DNA of 64,000 nucleotides from Mytilus edulis (Eukaryota): NCBI RefSeq assembly GCF_963676685.1, contig NC_092353.1, positions 1,612,001 to 1,676,000 of the forward strand, read 5' to 3'. Shown piece by piece: positions 49,843 to 63,029 of this stretch (position 1 is its first letter; each line of letters starts with the position of its first letter). The notes under the pieces were generated by a model. It saw only the letters and a program-made list of their open reading frames with translations, ran no database searches and was not told where the DNA came from. The position numbers and the translations under genes were made by a program.

Positions 49843-50792
49843 TAAGTACGTACGATCCACGTCATGATCATATAATCAAAAATGGATTAACAGTTAAGGT
49901 TAAAAAAAGAGAACTTTCACGTAATAAAGATGATGATAAACAAAAGCATTCCAGTTCCTTGAATCTATACTTTAAGACCATCGTGTATTATTTGTGAAGT
50001 TGATACGGAATTTTTAACAAGGTCTTCAAATTTAACCAATCTAATAAAAATATAGAACTTTGATTTTATTATTCTTGTTATTGAGTATAACGAAATCAGA
50101 GTTCCATATTTCAAATAGATTACCAATTAACATTTTAGAAACAGGACAAAACGTTCTTTGGGTAAACTTCATTTTCAGACACTAGTGAGGTTTTATAAAG
50201 TATATGAGTAGCAGCTGCAAGCTCTTTAATACCGAACGAGTTGGGAAAAGTATATCTCATCTGCAGGTGAAGTTGGTATATTGTTACTAAGGTAAGGGAA
50301 ATTGATAATTCAAAATTAAAATCGTCTCGCTTGTTATACAACTTGGTAATTAGATGACCGTTTTTCTCAAATTCGAGGTTTAAATCAGTAAAGTTAGGCA
50401 AATGAAGCCGTGTCTGTTGTTCTTAGTTCTGGAGTATATATTAATGAAACTCAATCAGAAAAGTTTAGATTGTTAAAGGAAAGAATAACATCAATATATC
50501 TGAATGTGAAATTAACTGATCGGGTTTCATTGATTTGGTTTTTTGTTGACAAGTGTCTGAAGAAACTCCGACTCATATAAAAATAGGAAGAGATCGGACA
50601 AGGGAGGTGAGCAAATGGTTCCAATAGAAATGCAGACAACTATCTGAAAAAGTCTACCTCAACAATAAAAACAAATATGCTGCCAATGAGAAACTCCAGT
50701 AAATTGATCACTAGTTTCTCTGTGAAGCATGGATTACTTTTTAAGGATTTTTTTGTCCTCAATGCTATTCAACTTTATCTTTTTTGGATTCG

Positions 50793-50838
50793 AGCGTCAC
50801 TGATGAGTTTATTGTAGACGAAACGCGTGTCTGGCGTT
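50793..50838 (+). ncRNA. Minimal type I hammerhead ribozyme, copy 1
   Basis: agcgtca-CTGATGA-gtt(tattgta)gac-GAAA-c(gcgt)g-TC-tggcgtt: intact core, stems I to III, and cleavage triplet GUC at 50829-50831. Confidence 0.85.
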
Positions 50839-51382
50839 AATACAAAATTTAATCCTGGTATCTATGATGAGTTTATTTACCTTGTTGTCACTATTAACAC
50901 AATATGCCGTATGGTATCCCAAAACGATAAATGTATAGCGTATACTGCCATTTTCATAAATTCAAAATTAAAATCGTCTCGATTGTTATAGAACCTGGTA
51001 TTTAGATGACCGTTTTTCCTCAAATTCGAGGTTTAAAGTTTAGATTGTTAAGGGAAAGAATAAAATCAATATATCTGAATGTGAAATTAACTGATCGGGT
51101 TTCTTTGATTTTTGTTGTTGACAAGTTTCCGAAGAAACTCCGACTCATTTAAAAATAGGAAGAGATCGGACAAGGGAGGTGAGCAGTTGGTTTCAACAGA
51201 AATGCCGACAACTATCTGAAAAAGTCTACCTCAACATTAAAAACAAATATGCTGCCAATGAGAAACTCCAGTAAATTGATCACTAGTTTCTCTGTGAAGC
51301 ATGGATTACTTTTTAAGGATTTTTTGTCCTCAATGCTATTCAACTTCGTTCTTTATATGCCATTTTATCTTTTTTGGATTCG

Positions 51383-51428
51383 AGCATCACTGATGAGTTT
51401 TTTGTAGACGAAACGCGTGTCTGGCGTT
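51383..51428 (+). ncRNA. Minimal type I hammerhead ribozyme, copy 2
   Basis: Same core (CTGATGA...GAAA...GTC at 51419-51421), with one stem-I mismatch (gcatca). Confidence 0.8.
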
Positions 51429-51975
51429 AATACAAAATTTAATCCTGGTATCTATGATGAGTTTATTTACCTTTTTGTCACTATTAACACAATATGCCGT
51501 ATGGTATCCCAAAACGATAAATGTATAGCGTATACTGCCATTTTCATAAATTCAAAATTAAAATCGTCTCGCTTGTTATAGAACCTGGTATTTAGATGAC
51601 CGTTTTTCTCAAATTCCAGGTTTAAAGTTTAGATTGTTAAGGTTAAGAATAACATCACTATATATGAATGTGAAATTAACTGATCGGGTTTCATTGATTT
51701 GGTTTTTTGTTGACAAGTGTCTGAAGAAACTCCGACTGATTTAAAAATAGGAAGAGATCGGACAAGGGAGGTGAGCAGTTGGTTTCAACAGAAATGCCGA
51801 CAACTATCTGAAAAAGTCTACCTCAACATTAAAAATAAATATGCTGCCAATGAGAAACTCCAGTAAATTGATCACTAGTTTCTCTGTGAAGCATGGATTA
51901 CTTTTTAAGGATTTTTTGTCCTCAATGCTATTCAACTTCGTTCTTTATATGGCCATTTTATCTTTTTTGGATTCG

Positions 51976-52021
51976 AGCATCACTGATGAGTTTTTTGTAG
52001 ACGAAACGCGCGTCTGGCGTT
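51976..52021 (+). ncRNA. Minimal type I hammerhead ribozyme, copy 3 (palindromic stem-loop III ACGCGCGT)
   Basis: CTGATGA-gtt(ttttgta)gac-GAAA-cgcgcg-TC-tggcgt; GUC at 52012-52014. Confidence 0.82.
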
Positions 52022-54065
52022 ATACAAAATGTAATCCTGGTATCTATGATGAGTTTATTTACCTTTTTGTCACTATTAACACAATATGCCGTATGGTATC
52101 CCAAAACAATAAATGTATAGCGTATACTGCCATTTTCATAATTTCAAATAGCTAGAAGAAAAATAATTGAAAAAGTACAATTTTTTATATATACTTTTTT
52201 CTATGTTCTGTATTGGTATATAACTGATTGTAAAGATTAATGTTTGTTTTTTGTTTGCATTTTTTGTGTGATGATGACAATCCAGATTTTGAATTTTACT
52301 TCAATAAAATCTTTGACTTTAATTTCAAGTGAATGATGTGTAATAATTGAGTGTGAACAGAAGTAGCAATGCTATACAATTGTTTTAGATAAATAAAGCA
52401 ACAGTAGTATACCGCTGTTCAAAACTCGTAAATCGACGGAAAAAAACTAAATCGGGGTAACAAACTAAAACTGAGGAAAACGCATTAAATATAAGAGAAG
52501 AACAACGACACAACATTAAAATGTAACACACACAGACACGACATAAGCATTAGACAAAATCCGATGAGAATAACAAATATAACATCAAAACCAAATACAT
52601 GAATTTGGGATAGAAAAGTACTGTGACACGTCTTATAGTAATGTGAATTCACATTCAAATATAAGAGAAAACAAACGACACAACAGAAACACAACGCTAA
52701 AATGTAACCCACACAGAAACGAACTATAATATAACAATGGCCATATTCCTGACTTGGTACAGGACATTTTTTAAAAAGAAAAAGAAAAAAAGAAAGAAAA
52801 TTGAGGAGTAAATTGAGTTGTTGACGAATGAATGGAAGCGTTTTTATAAGCGTCACAATACTTAAAAAATATCATAAGTAACGCAAACATTTTCGAAATA
52901 AAGCAAACCTCTAACGAACAACACAAATATTTGTTTGATCTTATTTCTTATTTGAGTTTCAAGGGAAGCAGTTGTTAAAATGGAGAAGGCTGCACATATC
53001 AAAATTTATCACCCTTTCTACTCATTGTATAATAAAATGCTTGCAAATTATTTCGCAGTTATCTTATATAGCGCACATGTTTGCGTTATTTCGCAAATGT
53101 TTTCGTTATAACAATAAGGCTTGCATTATTTAAAAAAAAAGCGTTATAACGCAAACCTAGGAAGAAATTTGAATAAAAAATATGTAAGGCGCTAATACAC
53201 TTCCGTATGATCCATAACATTTACAGATTATTCTCATTCAAATTATTTTTCTCCTTTTAATGTTCATAATGCAATTCACTTTCTGAACGCCTAGTTTTAA
53301 GTATACTTAATCGAAATAAACCCTAAATAGACTGCATATAAATTTATTAATGATGATATAGTAGTGTTTAATTTACGTGTCTAGGGTAGAAGCACCAGAA
53401 CAAGTTTAGCTCAATGTGAACACTGCTTTATATTAAAAGTAAATACATGTGTGCACTTCTCTTGATATAACAACCCATGTGATTTAAGAATTGGTATGGT
53501 ATATGACTGTCCATGGTTATCAATTGACATAAACATAAACATAATTACAACTATAGCTCACGGTACGGCCATTAGAATGTAAACGTTCATCTTCCGACTG
53601 TTTTGAACAATGACGAAAACCCATACTGTATTACAAGCGACAAAAGATCCCCGTTTGACAAATGTGAAACAGTCCATAAGAGATATATATATCAAAACAA
53701 TGAACAAATTAAACAGAAATGCCTGATATAAAGCAACGACAACCCCCAACCATAGGGCAACCGGCTTTTGTCTAGGACTGTCCCATAAAGACTTCTTTAC
53801 CTCTAGTTGTCAGTAGAAAAAAGTAAAATAACAAAACAACCGAACTCCATGGAAAATTCAAAACGGAAAATCCCTTGTCGAATGACAAAATCATGAGCCC
53901 AAACACATCAAACGAAGGGAAAACAACTGTCATATTCCTGATTTTGAAAAGGTGTATCATGCGTGAGATCATGATGGATTAAACCTGGTTTTATAGCTAG
54001 CTAAACCTCTCACTTGTAAGATTTTATTTATGAACAGACAGAAATAACTAATGCGTTTACTTTTA

Positions 54066-56507
54066 TTAATTTGTACACTGACATTTTCCATTCGTACATT
54101 TAGCTTCACCAGGCGGGCATCCGGATTTATTGCCTGTCGGGCAGTCTGCTGTTGTAGTACATGTATCTAGAAAAAAAAATCGTAATTATAAGTATGGTAG
54201 TCGTTCGCCTTATTGAAATGTAACATAGCAGATCACAAAATGTCTAGATTTTTAAGCAAATCCAAAAATTTCGATTCAGGAATGCAATGTAACACATCAT
54301 TTTCATTATAACTCTGAGAATAGCACTTTGCGGCAAAATAGACGAATTTAGCTTTTCATTTGTAAACTTTCCATTTTTATGTAGGAACACTTCAGTAGCG
54401 TCTGCATACGGAGTATATATTTCCTATTATGATTTCCCTGATAGGAAGTTGCTGCTCACAAGTAAATTATTAAACCAAGAGTTCCAAATGGTGAATTTAA
54501 AATTCTGAAAATTAAAATGTTATAAAATCAATTAAAATCAGCAATTTTTATCTTTTTGGAAAGGGATGATGTTTGAAATTAAGATTTACTACACATGAGG
54601 AAGGAATCACGTGGATTGAGGAGGGAGTTTCTGTCTTTTGATGTTACCGTATTTTTATATTGCAACAACTCTTAATGCAATTAAAGTGGTTCTGCGAGTT
54701 TAATAACCACACACTAGTACTGATTACATGCTGCCTCTTGTAATTTTAAGCAACGTCCATTTGGAATTGTGCATTCAAATTTTAACATTGAACCATTACA
54801 GTACCATATTCAAACACTTTACCCCTTATACTGCAGTATTTTTCTACTATGAACTTTTGTTTCGGTAAACCTAATAATGTCTAAAAAAAAAACAAACACG
54901 TAAGAAGTGACAAAACGCTAAGCAAGCAAGAAGTGGTCGATAGTTTTACAATAGTCGATTCAACCGAATCCAACTGCAGTCAAGGAAGAAAATACTTATT
55001 ACATTATAAACACTTACGATCGGGGCATTGACACATGCCACTTACACACTGTTCATGGTAATCGTTTGCACACGAATATATACACTCTGCATTACTGGTG
55101 CAGTCCCGGGCATTACAGATACCTAGATAACAATACAAATAAAATGTAACCAATTTAATAGACGTATACATAGATAAAGTACAAATATCGTAAACGGAAA
55201 GTCTGTAATCAAATGGAAAAAATGAAAAGCTCAAACAAAGAAACCAACTAACAAAATTAATGAATAACAACTGTCATATGCCTGACTGTGTACATGCTTT
55301 TTCATATGTAGAATATGGTGGATTGAACCTGGTTTTATAGCTAGTTAAACCTCTCACTTGCATGACGTCGTATAAAATTTCATCGATACATGTGATCAAG
55401 ACAAACAGACATAATAGGAAAAAATGTCAAAATAGGGGTACAATAGTCAACATTGCGTTATAATCTTTTAATCACTTTAAAAACAAACAAATGTGTAACA
55501 GAGAAACACAAAAAGGCATAAATTAAAGACAAAGCACTTAAGGGCATAGATATAGTTTTTATCCCATAATGAAAATTTGATGAAAATTTGCAATTAGGCT
55601 AGTTTTAACTGCTGAAATCGAATATGTAATAAAAAATGTACCTTCATGTAATACTTTTTTTAGTAAAATAAAGTCGAAATTTCGGATATATGAAACTTAG
55701 TTCCTTATGATATGATCTTTCTAATTTTAATGCCAAATAAGAGATGTTATCCTATAATCAGAGCGGATGGGGCATCAGTGTACTTGGGACACATTCTTGA
55801 TTAAAATAAATATACAGCAAAATATGACGTTTTTTTTCTACATTCATAAATATTTTATTGATATGAGTTTTTGTAAAAATAAAATGCACAAATTTATAGG
55901 ACATTTATATAAAACAAAATTAACAAATAATTCAAACAATAAAAAACAGCTTGTGTTTATTTTTTAAAACAACACATTTATGTGTTTCTGTCGAAAGGAA
56001 AAATACGCCCACAAATACGAATTTTGAGCAAAAAATTTCGACCTCAATTTTCTCAAAAAGTAGTACATGAAGGTACATCTTTTGTTACATATTTGATTAA
56101 ATCAGCTAAAAATAGTCTTTAAGCAAATGTTCATCATAATTTCATTATGTGATCAAAACTGTATCGTATGCCCTTAAGCAAACATAAAAGACAAGAAAAC
56201 AAATATTTACCATAAGACAATAACACAATGACAGGACGTATAATTACCGAGCCACGTCAAATGGATATTACCAAAAATAGACTAAACAGTAAAAGAAATA
56301 TAATTAAAAAAAAGAAGACTATAAAACGCTATTATAAGATGATAAACAACGTCAGTACCCCAGCATTTATTCTTCAAGACCATCGTTTATTTTTTGTGAA
56401 GTTAGTGAAATAAGTTGAATAAATAGTTTCATATTTTATAAATTTGGTAGGTTTAACTTACCAAAATACGCGATTAAGCAAAATAAACTAATTAAAACTC
56501 CCTTCAT
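54066..56507 (-). CDS. Small secreted cysteine-rich peptide (83 aa), cvSI-like (MEROPS I84-type) bivalve serine protease inhibitor
   Basis: Exons 56507-56462 (MKGVLISLFCLIAYF|G), 55122-55018 (ICNARDCTSNAECIYSCANDYHEQCVSGMCQCPD) and 54166-54066 (HTCTTTADCPTGNKSGCPPGEAKCTNGKCQCTN*). Two 6-Cys modules each end in CxxxxCxC. An AATAAA overlaps the stop codon. Confidence 0.85.
54320..54500 (+). mobile_element. Penelope-like RT C-terminal remnant in intron 2 of the cvSI-like gene
   Basis: Translates to DEFSFSFVNFPFLCRNTSVASAYGVYIS...LLLTSKLLNQEFQMV, the same family as the 50-kb remnant. Confidence 0.6.
55542..56173. mobile_element. TTAA-flanked MITE with an internal HINE 3' fragment (~55690-55800)
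   Basis: ttaa|gggcatagatatagtttt ... aaaactgtatcgtatgccc|ttaa. The inner fragment matches the end of the 8337-8806 element. Confidence 0.75.
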
Positions 56508-58850
56508 TTCTATAATCCTACAGCTAACCTAACTGTCAAATAAATCGGTTGAATTATGAAGATAAGGATAGTTTCTATATCTGTCACACTATCAGTGGAA
56601 CCGGGTCATATGTTATTGAATCGTTTCCCTCAGTTTTAGTGTGTAACCCAGGTTTTTTTTTTTTTCTCTCAATCGATTTATGAGTTTCGGACAGCAGTAT
56701 ACTACTGTTGCCTTTATATTTGATAATAATATCAAAGGTACCAATTTTACTGTACCAGATGCGCATTCCGACAAATAGTTTTCTTAAACATATTTATTTA
56801 TAGTGGATTGGGAAACAAGTTATTACAAATTATATTAATCCCTTTTCACTTTTCGGGTGCGAGTGCTGCCTTGTAGCGGCATTAGCCTGCTCTTTTTCGA
56901 AATCTACAAGGGTGCAAGATATTGCACTCTCTTAACACGGGTCAACCATTTATCGTCCCCATCCGACGGGCTATTATGGTTTCTCGAGACCATACTCGCA
57001 AATGGTGTCAAGGGAGAGCCGAAAATTCAGTCCCTGATATTCCAATTTTCTTCCGTGATGCCCGGGGCCACAATAATAAAACCTACATGTAATACAAGGT
57101 TTTTGGTGAGGTTTGTTTTTCTCAGTCATTATCTTTTTTATGTTGTGTACTGTTATGTGTACTGTTGTTTGTCTTGCAGTCTTTTTCTTAATTTTTTGAC
57201 ATGGCGTTGTGAGTTTTTTTTAACCTATGAGTTTGAATGTCCTTTTGATATCTTTCGCCTCGCTAAAACATACGCTGAGAAGATGATTAAACCTTGAGAG
57301 ACCAAAAATTAATTCAAATCTGACAACAGAGAAAAAAGTAAAATCACAAAAATACTGAACTCAGAGGAAAATCAATTCGGAAAGTCCATAATCACATGGC
57401 AAAATCAAATAACAAAACGCATCAAAAACGAATGGACAAGAACTGTCATATTCCTGACTAAGCCATACAGAAAAACACATTTATTAACTGTTTTACAAAA
57501 TTTGGAGGCTACATTTTGATTATTAATATTAATCAGTCGGTTTATATTTTGTAGAACCCAAATTATTATTTGAATACATGGTCGTGGACCAACCAAGAGA
57601 TTAACCCTCGGAGATATTTTTTTTTATCAAAGAAACGATAAAAACAACTTTAATATTTATTTATTAAACATTAACAATCACAATATAACAAATTCTTCAT
57701 TTTACGACAATATTGACAGCCCTAAATTAAAATTATATCATAATTACATTTGGCTAGAGACATATCTCTTTAACTGGTATTTATTACATCGTCAGAGGGA
57801 GAGGGGAATTATTTTCTGATTCAACCTTTTTAAGTATAGAAATGTACATATTCTGATATCTGTGGAAATATTGCATTCATGCAAAAACAAGCAAAAAAAA
57901 ATCGGTGTACTATATTTGAAAAAATAAGCATTCAATATTCAATATATAAATGTATAGAATGAACAAAATGTATATACATGTAATGGTATTTTCATTGTGC
58001 AGTTATTGTAGATTTCAAACTTAGCCATATTTGTTTCTTGAAAATATTAAAAGAAAGTGTTCGAAACATTTCTAATTGAAATAAATTGTATACTTATTTT
58101 TCTGTTTATTAAGAATTATTTTTGAAATATAAATTTTTAAAGTCATTTTTACTCCTGCTTCTACAGAGATAATACATACATTCGAACATACACTGTAAAA
58201 ATTGAGCACAGACTCGTATGATAAAATAAATAAATAATAATAAAATAAGATATAAGTATGCATATAATAACATTTTACTACAGTGTCGCATATTGGTCAA
58301 CACCGTTAATACTATGAACAAGTCACTAATCAATACCAGAGACATATATTACAATAGGTCTCTGGCAATACCCATGCTTAGACATTCTAAGAAACCTCTT
58401 TAAACTATCAACACTAAAACGAATTATAATCTTACGACAAGCGGTATAAATTTTAAAATAATTTGAACTGCGCTTATATTTAAATCGTTCTCAACTGCAT
58501 GCACATCTGTTACTTTAAGCTATTTACAAAGATATACAAATGAAAATTATCAGGAATAAACTGTCTCCTTAGACGAGAAAATCGTGGTGACGGCTAAAAT
58601 TTCAAAAAGTAGTTAAAATTAAAATTTCTGGTTAAAGTGCTAAGCAGTTAGTTAATAATTTTCAAAGTAATTATTATATATTCATCTACTGCCAAAGAAC
58701 ATCGAATTAGAATAGATTAATCATCGGATCCCTTTATATAAGTATATCATATAAATAGAACTGAGAATGGAAACTGTGAATGTGTCGAAGAGATAACAAC
58801 CCGACACACGAGCAGAAATCATGCTTGTATAACATTAGGAACATATATTT

Positions 58851-59007
58851 AAGAATTGAATGCTCTTTTTTTTAAATTTATTGGGGTGTAAAAGCGTTGA
58901 CCGAAGTACATTTTGTATGAAGCGCGGAAGCGCTTCATACTAAAAATGTGCGCACGGTCAACGCTTTTACAACCCTATAAAGTTACACAAAAAAGCATTC
59001 AATACTT
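58851..59007. repeat. Long imperfect palindrome/foldback element
   Basis: attgaatgc...tgtaaaagcgttgaccg...gtatgaagcgc-ggaa-gcgcttcatac...cggtcaacgcttttaca...gcattcaat. Confidence 0.85.
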
Positions 59008-60209
59008 CGTGTCATAAATGAAAAGTTGCATTGTGTAATGCAATTGATTAAGGAATATCACGAGATTGCTAGTTAACCAATCAGAATAACGTATTATAAT
59101 GAAACATACATCTAATGTAATTATATTAGATATACTTTACCCAGATCACACGTTTAATATGATATAATTATTATATGAATTTCGTTTTTCTTAACAAAGT
59201 CGAACAATCATTTACCTTAGCATGTTACTGTTTAAGAATTTGAACTGGACATAAATTATTGCATCAAATTTTGATTTCCTCTGAGCAGCTTTAAGCAGTT
59301 AAAAAAAATGTAGCATTTATGCAATTATTCAATATTTTAGTGTATTTTTTTCTTTAAATGAAATCTAAAGCGCCAACCGAGACAAAATGTCACATGGAGA
59401 CTAATAAATATTAGAAGTTTTTTCTGTTGTTGTTGCAATATTTGTGTATTAGTGGTGCTTAACAACCTGACTGGAAAATAGACATTTTAAATGTCAATAA
59501 ACATGCATGCAAAATACAGAACTTTCGAAATACATAATTCAAAGTATGGATAACAGATGATTCTCCCCAACTAACATATACTACAATTTAATTCTTCTTA
59601 CATTATAGACAAAAAAGACAGTAGCGTATTTTACAAAGAGACCGATAAGTTTCATTAATCACATATACAATATTATTTTTGTTCATTCTTCTGAATGACA
59701 AAAAAATGTATCATAATTGTGAATGATAGTCTTTCTATAATTAAATGAAAAATCAATATGATTTTATTTTCTTAATCAAATTATCTTTTCAATTTGCATT
59801 TTTATTTTTTTGTATTTTGAAAGTCTTTTTAAAGAATGCTAGAAACAACCTACAATTCTATTCTGAAAGATAATACACATGTATTCTCCCGATAATACAC
59901 ATGTATTCTCCCGATAATTCATTTCTGGTTTTTTGAGAAAAGTCTTTCCTGTTGAAAATTAATATCTGATACCAACTGAAATACTGGATAAAATTTCAGT
60001 TCTGAACCATCTGAATGCATTTACAATAATTTGCTAATATGTTTTAAAATAAGACAAATGTTACCCCATAATTTGTTTTCTCCTATGTATTTAGATACAA
60101 AATTAAATGACGGGGTGTTTAACGTTTTGTTTTTGATGGCATGCGTTGAATTAATTCATTTACATACATTTTAAAAAATCAAAAAAGTTAATAAATTGTA
60201 TACACCGTT

Positions 60210-60392
60210 GGTTTTCCCGTTTGAATGGTTTTACACTAGTAATTTTGGGGCCCTTTATAGCTTGTTGTTCGGTGTGAGCCAAGGCTCCGTGTTGAAGGCC
60301 GTACATTGACCTATAATGGTTTACTTTTTTAAAATTGTTATTTGGATGGAGAGTTGTCTCATTGGCACTCACACCACATCTTCCTATATCTA
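60210..60392 (+). repeat. SINE-like interspersed repeat, same family as 10213
   Basis: gttttcccgtttgaatggttttacactagt...tggatggagagttgtctcattggcactcacaccacatctt. Confidence 0.7.
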
Positions 60393-60498
60393 TATATTCT
60401 ATTCTTGTTTCTGATGGATAATTGTCTCATTGGCAGTCATACACATCTTTATATCTATATCTAACAAATCACAATAGGTCAAAGCATGAAAAGATGCA

Positions 60499-61214
60499 CC
60501 GTCAACGGGCATAGGACATTTGCGCAAAAATTAAAATAAAATGCACATACTACGGACATTTGAGCGCCGACATCATTGAACATTTAAACGCCAGCATATT
60601 AACCATTCCTGTATTTTCAAATAGTACGTTTGAGCGAAATTTTATGTGTTACTTTTATATGAAAATAAAAAGGTATGGTAAGATTGCCAATAAGATAATC
60701 CTCCACTAGAGACCAAATGAAATAAATATTAGTACTATATTAACTAACTTCCATTATAATGAGAAATTTTATCAATTTATACTTTCCTTGACACCATTGT
60801 CAAATACAATCTGCGACTTAAATAAAAAATGATGTATTATGTTTATGTCAGAAGCCTATGATATAAGTTTCAAGCCCGAACTGACTTGTATATAATGCCA
60901 TTGCAGATTTGCAAGTTTAATATGAGAGTGCAGTTAAAAGATATGATAAACTTGATGCGTTATAAACTCTACATAGTAAAAAGTATTTCCTGCTCGAAAT
61001 CCTATTTCCACAACTCTGGGGTGAGTAGTGATCATAGAAATAGATCGGCGAACGGACAGGTAAAAAACGTAGACTCCTTCATCATTCTTAATTTTTATCG
61101 TTCAAATGTCCTATGCTTTTTTTTTATGCTTAAATATCATAAAATTTCGGCGCTCAGACGTCCTTTTTATCGCTCAATTGTCCTACCATTTCGCTCAAAT
61201 GTCTATTGTCGCCG
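60499..61214. mobile_element. Old foldback element with gacatttgagcg subterminal repeats
   Basis: ggacatttgagcg motifs at 60510-60640 face inverted cgctcaaatgtc motifs at 61095-61205. Confidence 0.5.
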
Positions 61215-61320
61215 TCAGCGTCGTTTTAAAATTCCAATTATATAAACCATGAAATAATGTGATTTGAAATTGACTGGCTATACATCCAAGTAATTGTTCT
61301 CTTGAATACAATAATTTTTT

Positions 61321-62277
61321 TTACACATTCGGGAGTGACGTTATTTCGTTCATTCCTAGTGTTCCATACTCAGGCCAGACGGCACATTGTTGTGGATTAT
61401 TTCCAGTAACGTGGTGCTGAAATTATAAAAATTAGCGTCAACTAATAGCTAAAATACAAATTATTTATTTATTTATTTATCTAAATTAATTAATTTATTA
61501 TTTTTATCTTTGAATCTATTTCTTATATTTCAAATATTTATTTATTCTTTGGCAAAGTTCCAGAAAAAGAAACAATTGGCCGTTGGATTTTTGTCCCCAA
61601 AAATATTACTCCTACTTGAACGTCTCGAACTTAATGTTAAATCAAATGTCAAATAAGACTTAATAAGAAATAATTGTAAAAAATTATCTGATGAACCAGT
61701 TTGATTAATACAGCTTATTTTATTACTTTTGTTGAAATATTCCACAAGGTGTTCAGTTGTAGTTTCCTCTTTATTTTTGATTATAAGAATTTAAAACTGT
61801 ATCTTATAAAAGTATTACCTCATTAGATGACTCTTCGTCCGGCCAGTTATATCCGACATTGCCCATTTTAGCGCCATTGTCAAGTTGCCTGTTTGACTGG
61901 AATTCCGTCAACGTCCGGTGGTTGTAATGTCCCGCCATTTTACTATCGTGGTCGTCGATCATATTCTGAAGATTCGATATATAATCGATAGCAAACTGTA
62001 ATGTTTTAACTTTCGACAGCCTTTTCTGCTTATTTTCGAACGGAACATGTTTCCTCAACTTTTGGAAAGCACTGTTAACAGCCTGCACGCGCTTTCGCTC
62101 TCGTGCGTTTCGTCGTGCCACCAAATGTGGCGGTTTCTCGCTATGTGGTATATGTCGATAAGTTGATTTCTTCGAAGTTGGAGATTTTATCGTCATTTTT
62201 TCGGAAGTATTTATGAAGTTACCATAATCACAGGTTCCTGCTTTTATAATTAAATGTGAACTTGAACTACACTGCAT
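61321..62277 (-). CDS. ASCL: Achaete-scute-like bHLH transcription factor (~184 aa)
   Basis: Exon 62277-61819 contains the bHLH (PHLVARRNARERKRVQAVNSAFQKLRKHVPFENKQKRLSKVKTLQFAIDYISNLQ) and ends at donor GAG|GTAAT. The phase-0 exon 61416-61321 follows TTTCAG and reads HHVTGNNPQQCAVWPEYGTLGMNEITSLPNV*. Family-level symbol only. Confidence 0.88.
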
Positions 62278-63029
62278 TCGTGATAATCGAAAATAAAATT
62301 GAAATAACAACTTAAAACTGTCTTCAAATGTCAAAATTTGCGTGTGAGATGTTCTAGGCAGATGCTTAGACGAAGAAAATATTGTTCTAGCGGATATAGG
62401 ATCATTTAATATTTATGGTATTCGATGCTCCTTATAATTGTTTTCGATAAATGTAAAAGTGACAAAGTTAGCAACCGAAAGGCGAAAATATAATTAACAC
62501 TTGACTACCACCTTGGCTAAATGTCTTGGAAACGGGGGAAAATTGACGTGCATTGTTTATTTTCTTATTAGCACTATAAAAGGTTAAAAATCTCCTATTT
62601 ATGGTTCAATACTTAATATATCATTATTTACTTGACAAAATATTCAGAATTATTGAATTTGGTATATACCTATCAGTATAATACAAGGTTTCTAATAATA
62701 CAATATGTACGTTCAGTGGCGAATTTTTTATCAATAGTCAGTTTGAGCTCTATATAATAACTTTAAAATTTATTCGAAAGACTATTGAAAGGATATCAAA
62801 ATTAAAAGATGTGGTATTGCCAATGAGACAACTATTTACCAGATACCAAACGACGTAGAGGTGATAAACTAAAGGTCACCGTACGGACAATTACTAAAAC
62901 CAATATTGAGTAGTAAAAACAAGACAAAGGATACCAAATTTTATGAAAATTTAAACTCAAAAGTCGAAAACAATCTGATACTGGCATTGCAAAAACGATA
63001 TAACAAACTGTTTACAAAACACAACATAG

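Larger units (their letters stand above)
49975..52150 (-). mobile_element. Degraded Penelope-like retroelement RT fragment, partly triplicated (~590-bp units)
   Basis: Minus-strand remnants include ITKLYNKRDDFNF, FTFRYIDVILSFNN (YIDD motif) and a decayed GxPMGTNCxPxLxDLFL motif; the frames are broken. Confidence 0.75.

Noticed and set aside
49396-49860. 154-aa and neighbouring Lys/Phe-rich ORFs (also 47409-47651)
   Set aside because: They are low-complexity translations of MITE interiors.
50135-50639. Functional reverse transcriptase gene
   Set aside because: It has frameshifts, stops, a mutated catalytic motif (YIDV) and an internal insertion.
62278-62334. N-terminal extension of the bHLH ORF from a TTG start
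   Set aside because: The start is non-ATG; the first in-frame ATG is at 62277.
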